This document shows positions 39,768 to 61,050 of a DNA stretch of 64,000 bases, piece after piece. Under the pieces are notes generated by a model. It was given only the letters and a program-made list of their open reading frames with translations, ran no database searches and had not been told where the DNA came from. The stretch comes from Azolla caroliniana (Eukaryota; Plantae; Polypodiophyta), in NCBI GenBank assembly GCA_043228905.1, contig JBHGNT010000013.1, positions 15,128,001 to 15,192,000 of the forward strand, in the 5' to 3' direction. How positions within the stretch are numbered: position 1 is the first letter of the stretch; each line of letters opens with the position of its first letter. The position numbers and the translations under genes were made by a program.

Positions 39768-39794
39768 TTGGTACCCCGTAGCGTGCTTCGACCC
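39768..39794 (-). repeat. right terminal inverted repeat (27 bp)
   Basis: TTGGTACCCCGTAGCGTGCTTCGACCC followed by the AGAG TSD. Confidence 0.95.
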
Positions 39795-39798
39795 AGAG

Positions 39799-42756
39799 GG
39801 AATAGATGTAAGGGGATCTAAAATGAGTTATGAGGACTTGTTAATACTTCACCACCAACGCATGGGACATGCCTCTTATGGCATTTTGAGTAAGGTGTAT
39901 CCACACCTTTTTGAAAAGGCGGATAAAACAAAACTTGTTTGTGATGCATGTGAATTTGGTAAGCTTACTAAAAGTTCATATGCTAGTTCATGTCATAGGA
40001 GTTCCCATGCATTTGATGTAATACACTCCGATGTTTGGGGACCATGTCCCACAAGTTCTATTAATGGATATCGATATTTTGTCTCTTTCATTGACTGCTT
40101 CTCTCATGTGACATGGTTATATTTGATGAGAAAAAAAGAAGAAGTATTTGCTTGTTTTAAAGATTTTCATAGAGCAGTTCAAATTCAATATGGTGCAGTA
40201 GTAAAAGTGTTGAGGTCTGATAATGGAACATAGTATGCTAACATGACATTTAGGGCATACCTCTCAGATCAAGGAATACAACATCAAACTACATGCCCAT
40301 ATACACCAGAACAAAATGGAGTAATAGAGAGGAAGAATAGACATATTCTAGAGGTAATGAGAAGCATGATGATTTCTATGAATGTCCCAAAGTAGTTGTG
40401 GGGACAGGCAGTTTTGACGGTTGCCACATTGATCAATAGAATGCCCTCTAGAGTATTGGAGTGGAAGTCTCCATGTGAGTTGTTGCAAGGCAATAACTCT
40501 GGAATCCTTCCTTTGAAGGTGTTTGGATGTGTGTGTTTTGTAAAGGACAGTAGACCATATGTAGGAAAACTTGATCCTAAAGTTGTAAAATGTGTATTTG
40601 TGGGATACTTTGCCACACAAAAAGGCTATGTTTGTTGGAGTCCAGTAGAGAAGAGATTATTTGTGAGCATGGATGTGCACTTCAGAGAGACAGAGCCATA
40701 TTATAAACAAGGGGTAACTTCACCCTTTGATGACTTAATTCAGACTGAAAATATGAGGGAAGGAGATAATTGTGAGAGGTTGCTAAAAATAGGATAAATT
40801 CCTTTGCTGATCCCTACATCAGCTGAGAAACAAGTGAGCGTAGGAGGTACGGAAGAAGAAGGAAACGAAGACAAGGAGCCTATATGTGTTGGGACTCAAG
40901 TTGAGGGGGAGCTAAAGGTGTATACAAGGAAGAGGAGGCAGAAAGACAGAAATGTGAACACGTCTTCAACACCACATGTGCCATCAAGTTCCATGTCCTG
41001 ACTTGCCTCGACTTCTGAAATACCTACAGAACTCCCGAACCTAGAAATCACAGGTGATATGATTTCCTCTCCTTCTCCTATCAAGATTAGGAGGACTTCT
41101 CGCAGTAATGCAAGGGTCCCTCCTGATCGTTATGGTTTTCCTCATGATATTGCTCAGTTTATCTCTTATTCTAACATATCAGCTACACATAGAGCATTCA
41201 TTGCATCATTAGACTCTGTCACTTTACCCAAGTGTTGGCAGGTTGCTAAAGAAGATCCAAAATGGAAAGCAACCATGCAAGAAGAACTCGGAGCTCTTGA
41301 GAAGAACAAAACTTGGGAGATTGTGTCACTACCACCAGGAAAGAAGGCGGTTGGGTGCAAATGGGTGTTTACAATAAAACAGACCCCAGAGGGAAAAATA
41401 GATCGATACAAGGCACGATTGGTGGCTAAAGGATATAGTCAGACATATGGCATTGACTATGATGAGACTTTTGCACCTGTGGCGAAGATGAGCACTGTTA
41501 GAACACTTATTTCCTTAGCAGTGAATAAGGATTGGAAATTACATCAATTAGATGTAAAAAATGCATTCCTTCATGGAGAGTTGATGGAGGAAGTGTACAT
41601 GGATGTTCCCCCAGGTTTCGGTACAATTCAAACAATAGGTAAGGTTTGCAAACTTAGGAAGTCGCTTTATGGACTAAAGCAATCTCCTCGAGCCTGGTTC
41701 GACAGGTTAAGAAGGGCTATGGTGGGTATGGGATACCAATAGACGAATGCAGACCATACAATGTTCTTTCGACAACACAAGGAGCATACTACATTGCTTG
41801 CAGTGTATGTGGATGATATAATTATCATGGGTAACGATGAAGGAGAAATTGCCCAACTGAAGATGCAATTGGGTAAAGAGTTTGAGGTGAAGGATCTAGG
41901 ATTGCTATGATACTTTCTTGGAATTGAGGTAGCTCGTGGAGCAGAAGGAGTTCTATCTCAGCGGAAATATGTACTAGATCTTCTCAAAGAAACTGGAATG
42001 TTGGGTTGTAGGCCTGTAGCTTCTCCAATCGACCAAAAGATCAAGTTAACTGAACTTGCGGGAGAGAAAGTTGATCGTGAAAGGTATCAAAGATTGGTAG
42101 GTCAGCTGATTTATTTGACCCACACCCGTCCAGATATCTCATTTGCAGTAAGTGTGGTAAGTCGCTACATGCATGATCCGAGGAAAGATCATATGGATGC
42201 AGTGTACCATATTCTGAGATATCTCAAAGGTGTCCCAGGGAAGGGATTAATCTTCAGAAAACATGGTCATTTTAACATTGAGGGCTATTGTGATTCTGAT
42301 TGGGCCAGTTGTGTTGATGACAGGAAATCCACATCAGGATACTGCATGTTTGTTGGAGGCAATCTGGTCTCTTGGAAGAGTAAGAAACAGTCAGTAGTAG
42401 CAAGGTCAACAGCCGAAGCAGAGTATAGAGCTATTGCTATAGGAGTTGCAGAGATGTTATGGCTGCGAACTCTCCTAGTAGAACTAAAGGTGAATCAAGA
42501 AAATCAGATGATGCTGTGGTGAGACAATAAGTCAACAATCAACATTGCCAACAATCCAGTACAACACGATAGGACCAAACACATCGAAATCGACAGGTTC
42601 TTTATCAAGGAAAAGCTTGATAATGGAATATTAAAATTGAGTCATGTTTCTACTGAACATCATGTAGCAGATTGTCTTACAAAGGGACTTGGGCCAGTAA
42701 GTCTTATTAGATTGTGTGACAAGATGGGCTTAGTGGATATTTTTCGCCCATCTTGA
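39799..42756 (+). pseudogene. copia integrase-RT-RNase H part of pol (premature stops)
   Basis: HQRMGH/CDAC zinc motif, DVWGP, RSDNG, VFGC, KWVF, LDVKNAFLHG, TRPDI, DSDWA, KHIEID; several TAG/TGA interruptions. Confidence 0.93.
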
Positions 42757-42763
42757 GGGGGAG
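42754..42763 (+). promoter_or_regulatory. polypurine tract
   Basis: TGAGGGGGAG directly before the TG of the 3' LTR. Confidence 0.88.
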
Positions 42764-42958
42764 TGTTGAGAATGTTTAAAAGTTATAACGGCTAGCCCAA
42801 CGACTAGTTAGTTTCAACAACTAGTTAGCCCAATGGCCAGATCTTGGCCTTTATAAAGAGGGACTTTCTCCTCATGTAAATAGAAGAGATCTCTGTATTT
42901 TTCTCCCTCCTACCAATGTATATTACTGAACAAATGTGCTTTCTCATATTTCTTTACA
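42764..42958 (+). repeat. 3' LTR, 195 bp (TG...CA)
   Basis: TGTTGAGA...TTTACA; contains TATAAA; matches the 5' LTR remnant. Confidence 0.92.
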
Positions 42959-42959
42959 G

Positions 42960-44420
42960 TCTCCAAATCTGAAAATTAATAAACACATAAGCAATTCTCC
43001 CTTTCACTCCCTAGAAATGCTTCATCCTCCATTAAAATCATCCATCTCTTCCACAAATTTAGATGAAGTATATAATACATTTCCCCCACCTTTTCCCTCT
43101 ATAAGGACGGCTTCCCCAAGCAAAGTTGCCATGTTGATGATGGAAATCTCCCAAACGATGTACCATCTCGAGTCATCCTTATCACAAAAATTCTTTGTTT
43201 AGTCCACATCAACCATCTCGCCGAATATCGCCAAGTTCTTGTATAAATAACAACAAAATGAATGTAGACTATTTCCTCCTTCCCTCATGATCTGCTTTGC
43301 CCCCACACCATCATCACTTATCCTCTCGTCATGTTACCACACCATCATCGATCATCGTAGTGAGAAGCCTAAAATCTTCTTCATTCAGTCCACATAATAA
43401 AGAAAAGAGGAAAACATTCTCCAAATCTGAAAATTAATAAACACATAAGCAATTCTCCCTTTCACTCCCTAGAAATGCTTCATCCTCCATTAAAATCATC
43501 CATCTCTTCCACAAATTTAGATGAAGTATATAATACATTTCCCCCACCTTTTCCCTCTATAAGGACGGCTTCCCCAAGCAAAGTTGCCATGTTGATGATG
43601 GAAATCTCCCAAACGATGTACCATCTCGAGTCATCCTTATCACAAAAATTCTTTGTTTAGTCCACATCAACCATCTCGCCGAATATCGCCAAGTTCTTGT
43701 ATAAATAACAACAAAATGAATGTAGACTATTTCCTCCTTCCCTCATGATCTGCTTTGCCCCCACACCATCATCACTTATCCTCTCGTCATGTTACCACAC
43801 CATCATCGATCATCGTAGTGAGAAGCCTAAAATCTTCTTCATTCAGTCCACATAATAAAGAAAAGAGGAAAACATTCTCCAAATCTGAAAATTAATAAAC
43901 ACATAAGCAATTCTCCCTTTCACTCCCTAGAAATGCTTCATCCTCCATTAAAATCATCCATCTCTTCCATATATTTAGATGAAGTATATACATACATTCC
44001 CCCCCCCCCCCTTTCCCTCTATAAGGACGACTTCCCCAAGCAAAGTTGTCCTTATAACATCAACCATGTCAATGACGGAAATCTCCCAAACGATGTACCT
44101 ATGACAACAAAATGATATTATAGTAACCTTATTACCTCAAAAAAACAATGCTTCTGTCCCCACACCATCTTGAGTCATCCTTAAAACAAAAAATTCTTTG
44201 TTCAGTCCACATCAACCATCTCGCTGAATATCGCCAAGTTCATGTCTAAATAACAACAAAATTAATCTAGAGTATTTCTTCCTCCCCTCATGATCTACCT
44301 CGGCCCCCACACCATCATCACTCATCCTCTCATCATATTGCTATGATTCAATCCATACCGTCACACCATTATCCGTCATTGTAGTGAGAAACCTAAAGTC
44401 TTCTTCATTCAAACCACATC
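42960..44420. repeat. 458-bp tandem repeat (two near-identical copies plus one diverged copy)
   Basis: TCTCCAAATCTGAAAATT at 42960, 43418 and 43876. Confidence 0.9.
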
Positions 44421-44599
44421 AACATGTCGATGACGCCGACCATCTTGGCATCCTTCTCGCTGATGCCCGCCAACATCCTTCTCACGATATTAGCTTCAGC
44501 CCCTACAACATCATCAACCATCCTTACAAAAATAGAAAATGAACTTTATCTAATCTACATCAATCATCTCGCCATCGTTGATGATCACCAACATATCAA

Positions 44600-47500
44600 C
44601 ATATCAAAAAGGGCTAATAGATTTAGAATCCCTGATTCCGTTTTTCTTAGAGAAGATTGTCAAGATTTTGTTCATAGTATTTGGTCTTGTTATCATTATG
44701 ATGTGGATGTTATCTTGATTAATGTGGTTCATGTGTTGAAGGAAATTCAAGATTTTTTTCAAAGTAAAACGAAAGCTTTGTACCTTGATTATGATTCCAA
44801 GATTGGAAGATATAAGCGAGCTTTGACAACACTACAACATTTGCAACAAAGGTGGCCTAGGTCGGTAGATTTGGCGGTGAGAATTATTGACGTTGGGAAA
44901 CCGATTACTGATATACAATTGTAGAAGTCAGATTTTTGGTATCATAAATCCTTTGGAAGATGGATTAGACAGGCTGTTACGGTTTGTAAAGAGTTTTTTC
45001 AACCTCATCGTATTAAATAAAAAAAGTCTCAACCGGCAAGTATGAGACGAGTTGATGGATCTTTTACATAAGATGTGGTAGAGATGAGGGATATAACATC
45101 ACCTTTTTATAGTCATTTGTTGACAACAACTCCAATTTCAAGAAATAATTTGATTAAGAGGGATTTTGTATGGGCTTCGGTCTCTAATAGAGTTTCATTT
45201 GAAATGCAGATTGCTTTGCTTGCTCCGTTGCAACCTTCAAAAGTTTTATTAGTAGTAAAGGCTTTAGGTAAGGATGTTTGGCCAAGTGTTGATGGGATGG
45301 GGGTCTCATGGTATATAGAGTATTGGGATCTGATAGGTAATGTTTTGACTTCTGCCTACCAACAAATTATTGATCATGGTTATATGCCTCAGGAATGGAC
45401 AGAAGGCCTAATATATTTGATTCCGAAGGGGGACAAACCTCTGGATGATATTCGAAAATGGAGGCCTATAACACTACTTAATGTTGTATATAAGATTTTA
45501 GCTAAAACAATAGCAAGGAGGGTGCAATCTTTTTTACCTCAACTAATTCATGATCCGCAGATGGGTTTTGTTCAAGAGAGAAGTATTTTTTATAACCTTT
45601 TTTTGTTTTGATTTCGAGAAGGCTTATGACAGAGTGGATTTGGATTTCATGGAAGGGACATTAATGCGAATGGGCTTTCCAATGCAATGGATTAGGGCTG
45701 TCGCAACTTTGTATAGGACTGCTCATGGTTCTCTTTTGTTTGCAGACGATGTTGGTTGTAGATTTTCAATTTCGCGATCAATAACAAGGGTGTCTGTTGG
45801 CTCCCTTTTTGTTTATTTTAGTCTCTGAAGCTTTTTCTGATTACCTTAGTAGTAGGAGTGTCAATATTCATGGTATAACCTTACCTATACAGGGATATGC
45901 AACTACGACTGTTGATTCAGAATTTGCTAATGATACCGCTTTATATGTTTCTGCAGAAAAGGAGAACTTGTTGAATCTTCAACAAGCGGTAACAGATTTT
46001 TGTGATGCTTCAGGAGCTTTGATTAATTGGGACAAGTCCATGGGATTTTGGGTCGCGTCTTCCTCTCCTCCACAAGATGTGTGAACCCCTAGTTTTATTT
46101 GGGTACCTTGAGGTAAAGCGGTAAGGTATTTGGGTTGTCAAGTTGGGCTAGAATTGTCAGCAGAAGGTATGGTAACACCCCTTTTGTTACGGGTTAGAAA
46201 TAAATTGTTGTATTGGGATACAACTAATTTGTCTTTACCAGGAAGGGTAGTTGTGGCAAACTCGGTTTTGCTCGGATCAATGTGGTATGTTGCATCAACC
46301 TGGTTATTTTCACGTTCTATTATATTAAAATTACAATGTTTAGTTCGTAATTTTATTTTGGGTGCTTCACTGGGACCAAGGGATGTTGCAAAAATTGGTT
46401 GGTCGGTTTTAATCCGGCCAATAAGTGAAGGAGGATTGGGCTTAATAGATCCTATGTTCCAAAGTAAGGCTCTTCTTGCGAAGCATGTTGTGAGAGGATT
46501 TATGCCTGGGGATGAGTTGTGGAAAAATTTATGGTTGTTGTATCTTAGCAACATTAAGCCTACTATAGGAGGACAATGGCAGGATAGCTTTAGATAATTG
46601 TTTAATTTTGAATTTCCAATTAAGCCTCAAAATGTTGGTTCTAGGAGATTTTTTATAGGTATTTTGAGGGCATTGAAGGACATTAGAGAGGCTCTTCTAT
46701 TTCAACTGTCATCAATAGACGCCCAATTTCTAAGGCAACCATTGCTATGGAATCCTTTGTTTACTGATAACTCTGGTTGTGTTTTAGGTATTAAGCTGCA
46801 TTTATCACGGGGGAAAATGGACTTAGGACCAGCTGCAAGTGTGGCTGATTGGGAGCGGTTTCAATTTCTCTCAAATGAGGAGAAACAACAACTCCTGTCT
46901 TCATTACGTGGGGGATGTTTGATGTCTGTTCACATTCAATAGGCTTTTCGGAATTGTCAAAGGCAAATTAGCTTACATAATAATTGTACATGGTATGGTC
47001 TTTTCTCTCCTTTGGGCATTTTATTAGGTGCCAAGGCATACACTAACGAGTGTAGAATAAGATTTTATGAGGTTGGAGATGTTGGTTTTTTGTATTTAGT
47101 GGAAGAAGAAGTTGAAGTTATGCAACTAGCCTCCCAAAAACCCATTAGGGTCATTGCTAGGTTAGACAAGAAGATTTTCCTCGACTCCTAACCCTTTTTT
47201 GGCAGACCATGCATGACAACTGTGGGCATTTCAAAGTAAGCCGGTGGAATAATTGAATTGGGATCCGGTTGATTATGCATGGTTGCTGGTTGGAAGGTCC
47301 TCGATAAATGAACAAGAAAGTAGGACTATTCCTTTTTTCTAGTATTCTGTGGCCTATGGGAGACACTTCTTGTTGCATCGGCATTGCTTAAGTCCTGCTG
47401 CACAAAAGTATTGGGAGTCAGGTGCAATATCCTCTCAATATCTGGCAGCTTACTGAAAAAGTTTAAGGGCTCAACCATGTCTGCGGAGAGCCATTTCTTT

Positions 47501-48300
47501 TAAGTGGTTATTACTTCATTATGCTTTACTTGTAGGTTTTCATCTAAAAGGACAAGTTGATGATCGCCATAGTGTGTGTTGCCAATTACAAGAGGAGACT
47601 TTGAAACATTTGTTTTGGACTTGTATTGCAGCTCGAAAATATTGGGGAAGAGTATTGAGAATGTTTTCGTGTGAATATAGAGGAGTGATTTTTACATGGG
47701 GAGCTATTTTTTTGGGGTCTTTAGATGTGCAGGTATCCATGTACGAAGGGGAACAATGTGCGGAAGCATTGTGTGTATCGGAGAATAGAATTGAAGCGGT
47801 TTGCCCGAACATTGCGGGTGGTAAATATTTTAAAAAGTCTTTTGTTTGGAATACTGTTTCGATTAATGCTTTATGGGTGTGGTGGAAGTGTCGGTGCACC
47901 AAGAAATATGAAGGTATCGAGTAGAATAGAATTGAAGCAGTTTGCCCAAACATTGCGGGTGGTAAATATTTTAAAAAGTCTTTTGTTTGGAATATTGTTT
48001 CGATTAATGCTTTATGGTTGTGGTGGAAGTGTCGGTGCAACAAGAAATATGAAGGTATCGAGTATAATGTGGTGGATATGATAAAGACGTTTTGGGACAA
48101 CTTGGTACACACAGTTAAGGGAGAGTATGTAATATCAAAGGAACAATAGAAAAGGTGCATAAGAAAAGAAGGAAAATTCGTCAAATATGGTGGCCATTGG
48201 CCAATACCTCTATGGCTGGATGGGACACATGAAAATAGCTGGAATTATATGCCCCCACGATGGTTGTTTCCTCCACCTAGTCCTTTCTTATTTCATTCTT
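44600..48300 (+). mobile_element. 5'-truncated, decayed LINE (L1/Tx1-like ORF2: RT plus C-terminal zinc finger)
   Basis: KWRPITLLNVVYKILAK, DFEKAYDRVD, FANDT (YADD equivalent), YLG, LSLPGRVVVANSVL, GGLGL, CCQLQEETLKHLFWTC; frameshifts and stops; internal 141-bp duplication at 47782/47923. Confidence 0.9.
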
Positions 48301-49567
48301 AAGTTGGGATGAAATATATTTCCTTCTCGTAAGAACATAATTTTTGAATTTTTATGTTTGGAAAATGCTTTATTTGTTTTGTGAACTTTTATAAATTGAT
48401 CGTAATTAATCATTCAATCATTATTGATGAGACCATGGGTTTAATTTGTTCAATAAATCCTCGTTTGGTGTTTAGTAAATTAGTAGTTCAGTTTCAATGC
48501 TTCAAAGCATAGTATTCTGTAAGAGAACAAATGAAGAAAAGCATGTTAAAAAATAATTATGATCTTGAATGTTTTTATTGTGCTAGGTTAGGTCAGTATA
48601 TTCCGTTCTTACAGTAAAAATTTACTTTAGCAAGTTTTGGATAACATACTAGATCATTAATATACTAAAGACGCTTAAAACTATGTTCTCCAACATGAAC
48701 ATTAAATTCTATGCAAGCAATCAAACATGATCAAGGCATTTGGCATTTATGTATCTTTTGTTGACTTGCAAGTAGAGAAATACTATATCATGCTTACATT
48801 AAGTGCTATAACATATTGACATATGGTGCACTTATGAGTGAGGTACCACTCATAACTACCATCATGTCATCATTTACTTCTACACCACAATATACACTAT
48901 CTCTTGGTGGGCCATCATTAACTGCCATCTCATGTTAAAGCGACACACCACTTGGAATTATGCCACATATGATAAGGAATTAAGTTAAACATTAAATATT
49001 CCCAAATAAATTCCATCTATAAGTACATAGTAGACCATCTACTAGACACTTTTTGTTTATTAGCAACGTTCAAATCAAGTTACATTAAAGATCTATGGTG
49101 CGAGTTACTGAAATAGGACAGCATGAAGTTAGCTAGTCTCATAGGATAACATAACTAAGTTATAAACAACTCAACTTTTGCCATCTCTTCTTCATCCATG
49201 TATATTCAATTATCGTTAAAAAGGGTGTTATCTCCTATAAATGAAAAGTGCACAATATAGCTAATGTTGAAACATGGTATTATTGATGATACAACATTGG
49301 TTGATATTGCTGTCAAATGTTTATAATAAGTTGATAAAATAATAATGTCCCAATCAAAAAAAGGGAGAAGAATAAATAAAATAGATATATGTAAGTTACA
49401 TCTTGATCTTACAACAAATAAAATGGGCACAAAATGAGTGAGTCGCAAACACTGGTCGCTGTTGGCCATATTAAAAACTTCAAATGTTATGTACTCACAT
49501 TTCTTTCCATATGGCATACCCTCTAAGTTCTAACAATGAATTCTGGTTACTTTTCCCATGCTCTTAA

Positions 49568-59434
<9,867 letters not shown>

Positions 59435-59807
59435 GGTGTGAGGGAGGTGGGGGGGAGAGAGAAGGAAGGACATGAAGTCATGGAGCAGCTCAATAACCCA
59501 ACCAGAAGAAGAACAAGAATGGAGAAGACTAGGAGCAGAACAGAGGACTTGGATTCATGAAGATGATGTGGGCCCATGCTGATCAGGATATGTGACCAGA
59601 AGAAAAAACAATTTGGGATGGTTTGACTTTGCAGAATAAGCGTTGAGCTACAGTTGTATGTACTGTTTTTATCGTACAAGAAAAACTCAACCCATCTCAT
59701 CAAATACATAATCCTTGACAGCCCCCCCCCCCCCCCCCCCTTTCCCAATCCAGCAAATCATCCAAACGCAAATTGCAATATAATAAGGCAGACTTTTGTG
59801 AAACAAT

Positions 59808-59901
59808 AAGGGTGTCCAAAACCTTGTGAGAAATCTAATAAAAGCAATTGGATTTTTTCACATGCTTTTCTTAGATTTCTCACAAGGTTTTGGACACCCT
59901 T
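59808..59901. repeat. near-perfect foldback (39-bp arms, short loop), MITE-like
   Basis: AAGGGTGTCCAAAACCTTGTGAGAAATCTAA ... TTAGATTTCTCACAAGGTTTTGGACACCCTT. Confidence 0.85.
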
Positions 59902-60333
59902 TTGCGAAAAATCTAAGGAAAGCATGTTTGTTTTATTCCAGATAAGATATGAACATATAAGTGGGGTGGGTTGTTGAATCGTGCATTTGCGTTCGATCTA
60001 TACCTTCCCCTCGTTATGAGAAATGAGAAAACATTTGCTTTTTTTTCATTTTTTTTTTTCATAGGAGTCGAGAAAAAGAGTAGCTCGGAAAGGCTAGCCG
60101 AGATTGATTTCCAATTGTTTGATTCCCCACGTGAAATTGATTGAAGTAGAGCGTATAATGTTCATGGCTTCAAGTGTTAGCACTCCATGGGCTATATATA
60201 TAGGATAGCCCCAAATCTCGGCCTCCCTTGACATTGGGCAATAGCCGAAACGTTTAACTTGTCTACTTTTGGTGACTTAAAACAAAGATGAGAGATTAAC
60301 AATTCTGGTGTTTATGGAGAAAACAAACGAGCA

Positions 60334-61050
60334 ATGATCCTAAATGTTCACATGACGTCTTGGCTTTATCATAATACTAGGCCTCACAAGTTGTGCAAAT
60401 GGCTTGTGAAGAGAAACCTATTATCCTCCACATTCTTAAATTTTTGACCTTTTGACAAAGAGACCCATAGCCTATGAGACATGTAAATGTCAAAAAAAAT
60501 AAAGCTTGTGGCCAAAAGTTACGAAAGTTTTAGCTATCACGTTGTCATGAGAAAGTGTGTGCATGTGCTACTTTAGTGGGACCACAACGGTCTTGGACTA
60601 AGGAATTCACAAAGGTTGAGAAGAACGGATGATAGGTCCTGGACTCGAAGGATCCTCAGACTCGAACGGAGCGTAGAGTTGAAGGGATCTTAGATTCGAA
60701 TGGCCTCCAAACACAAACGGAGCGACGATTCAAATGATGAATAGCTCTAACCACTATATCTATTCACTTGTATTTATTATAATTATATCTTTTCATACAA
60801 CATATATTTTGAGTGTGGATGTTCACTTTTTGCCTTCTTTTTACCTCTGGCCACGCCACATGACGACAACCTGACGATCCTAAATGTTCATATAATGTCT
60901 TGGCATTGTCTTAATATTAGGTCTCATAGAATGCACAATGCCTTATAAAGAGAACTCATTAGCCCCCATGTTTTTAAAATTTTGACCTTGACAATGAAAC
61001 TCATAGCCTATGAGACATGCAATTGTCAAAATAAATAAAACTTGGGCCCA
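60334..61050. repeat. diverged direct repeats of about 185 bp, about 540 bp apart
   Basis: GATCCTAAATGTTCA...CATAGCCTATGAGACATG...TGTCAAAA at about 60335-60515 and 60875-61050. Confidence 0.65.

Larger units (their letters stand above)
23499..39794. mobile_element. 16.3-kb TIR DNA transposon, Sola2-like, apparently autonomous, with an accessory gene
   Basis: TIRs 23499-23525 (GGGTCGAAGCATGCTACGGTGTACCAA) and 39768-39794 (2 mismatches); AGAG TSD at 23495-23498 and 39795-39798; removing the element and one TSD restores the copia frame (ATMVE|GIDVRG); encodes a DDD transposase. Confidence 0.93.
21626..42958 (+). mobile_element. Ty1/copia LTR retrotransposon (short LTR, possibly Ale-like), decayed, split by a nested DNA transposon
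   Basis: Partial 5' LTR 21626-21735 matches the 3' LTR 42764-42958; PBS TGGTATCAGAGC; gag, zinc knuckle (CYNCGEAGHFKNAC), protease (WIIDSGAS), integrase (HSDVWGP, LRSDNG), RT (KARLVAKG, LYGLKQSPRAW, YVDD) and RNase H (YCDSDWA) in copia order; several in-frame stops. Confidence 0.96.
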
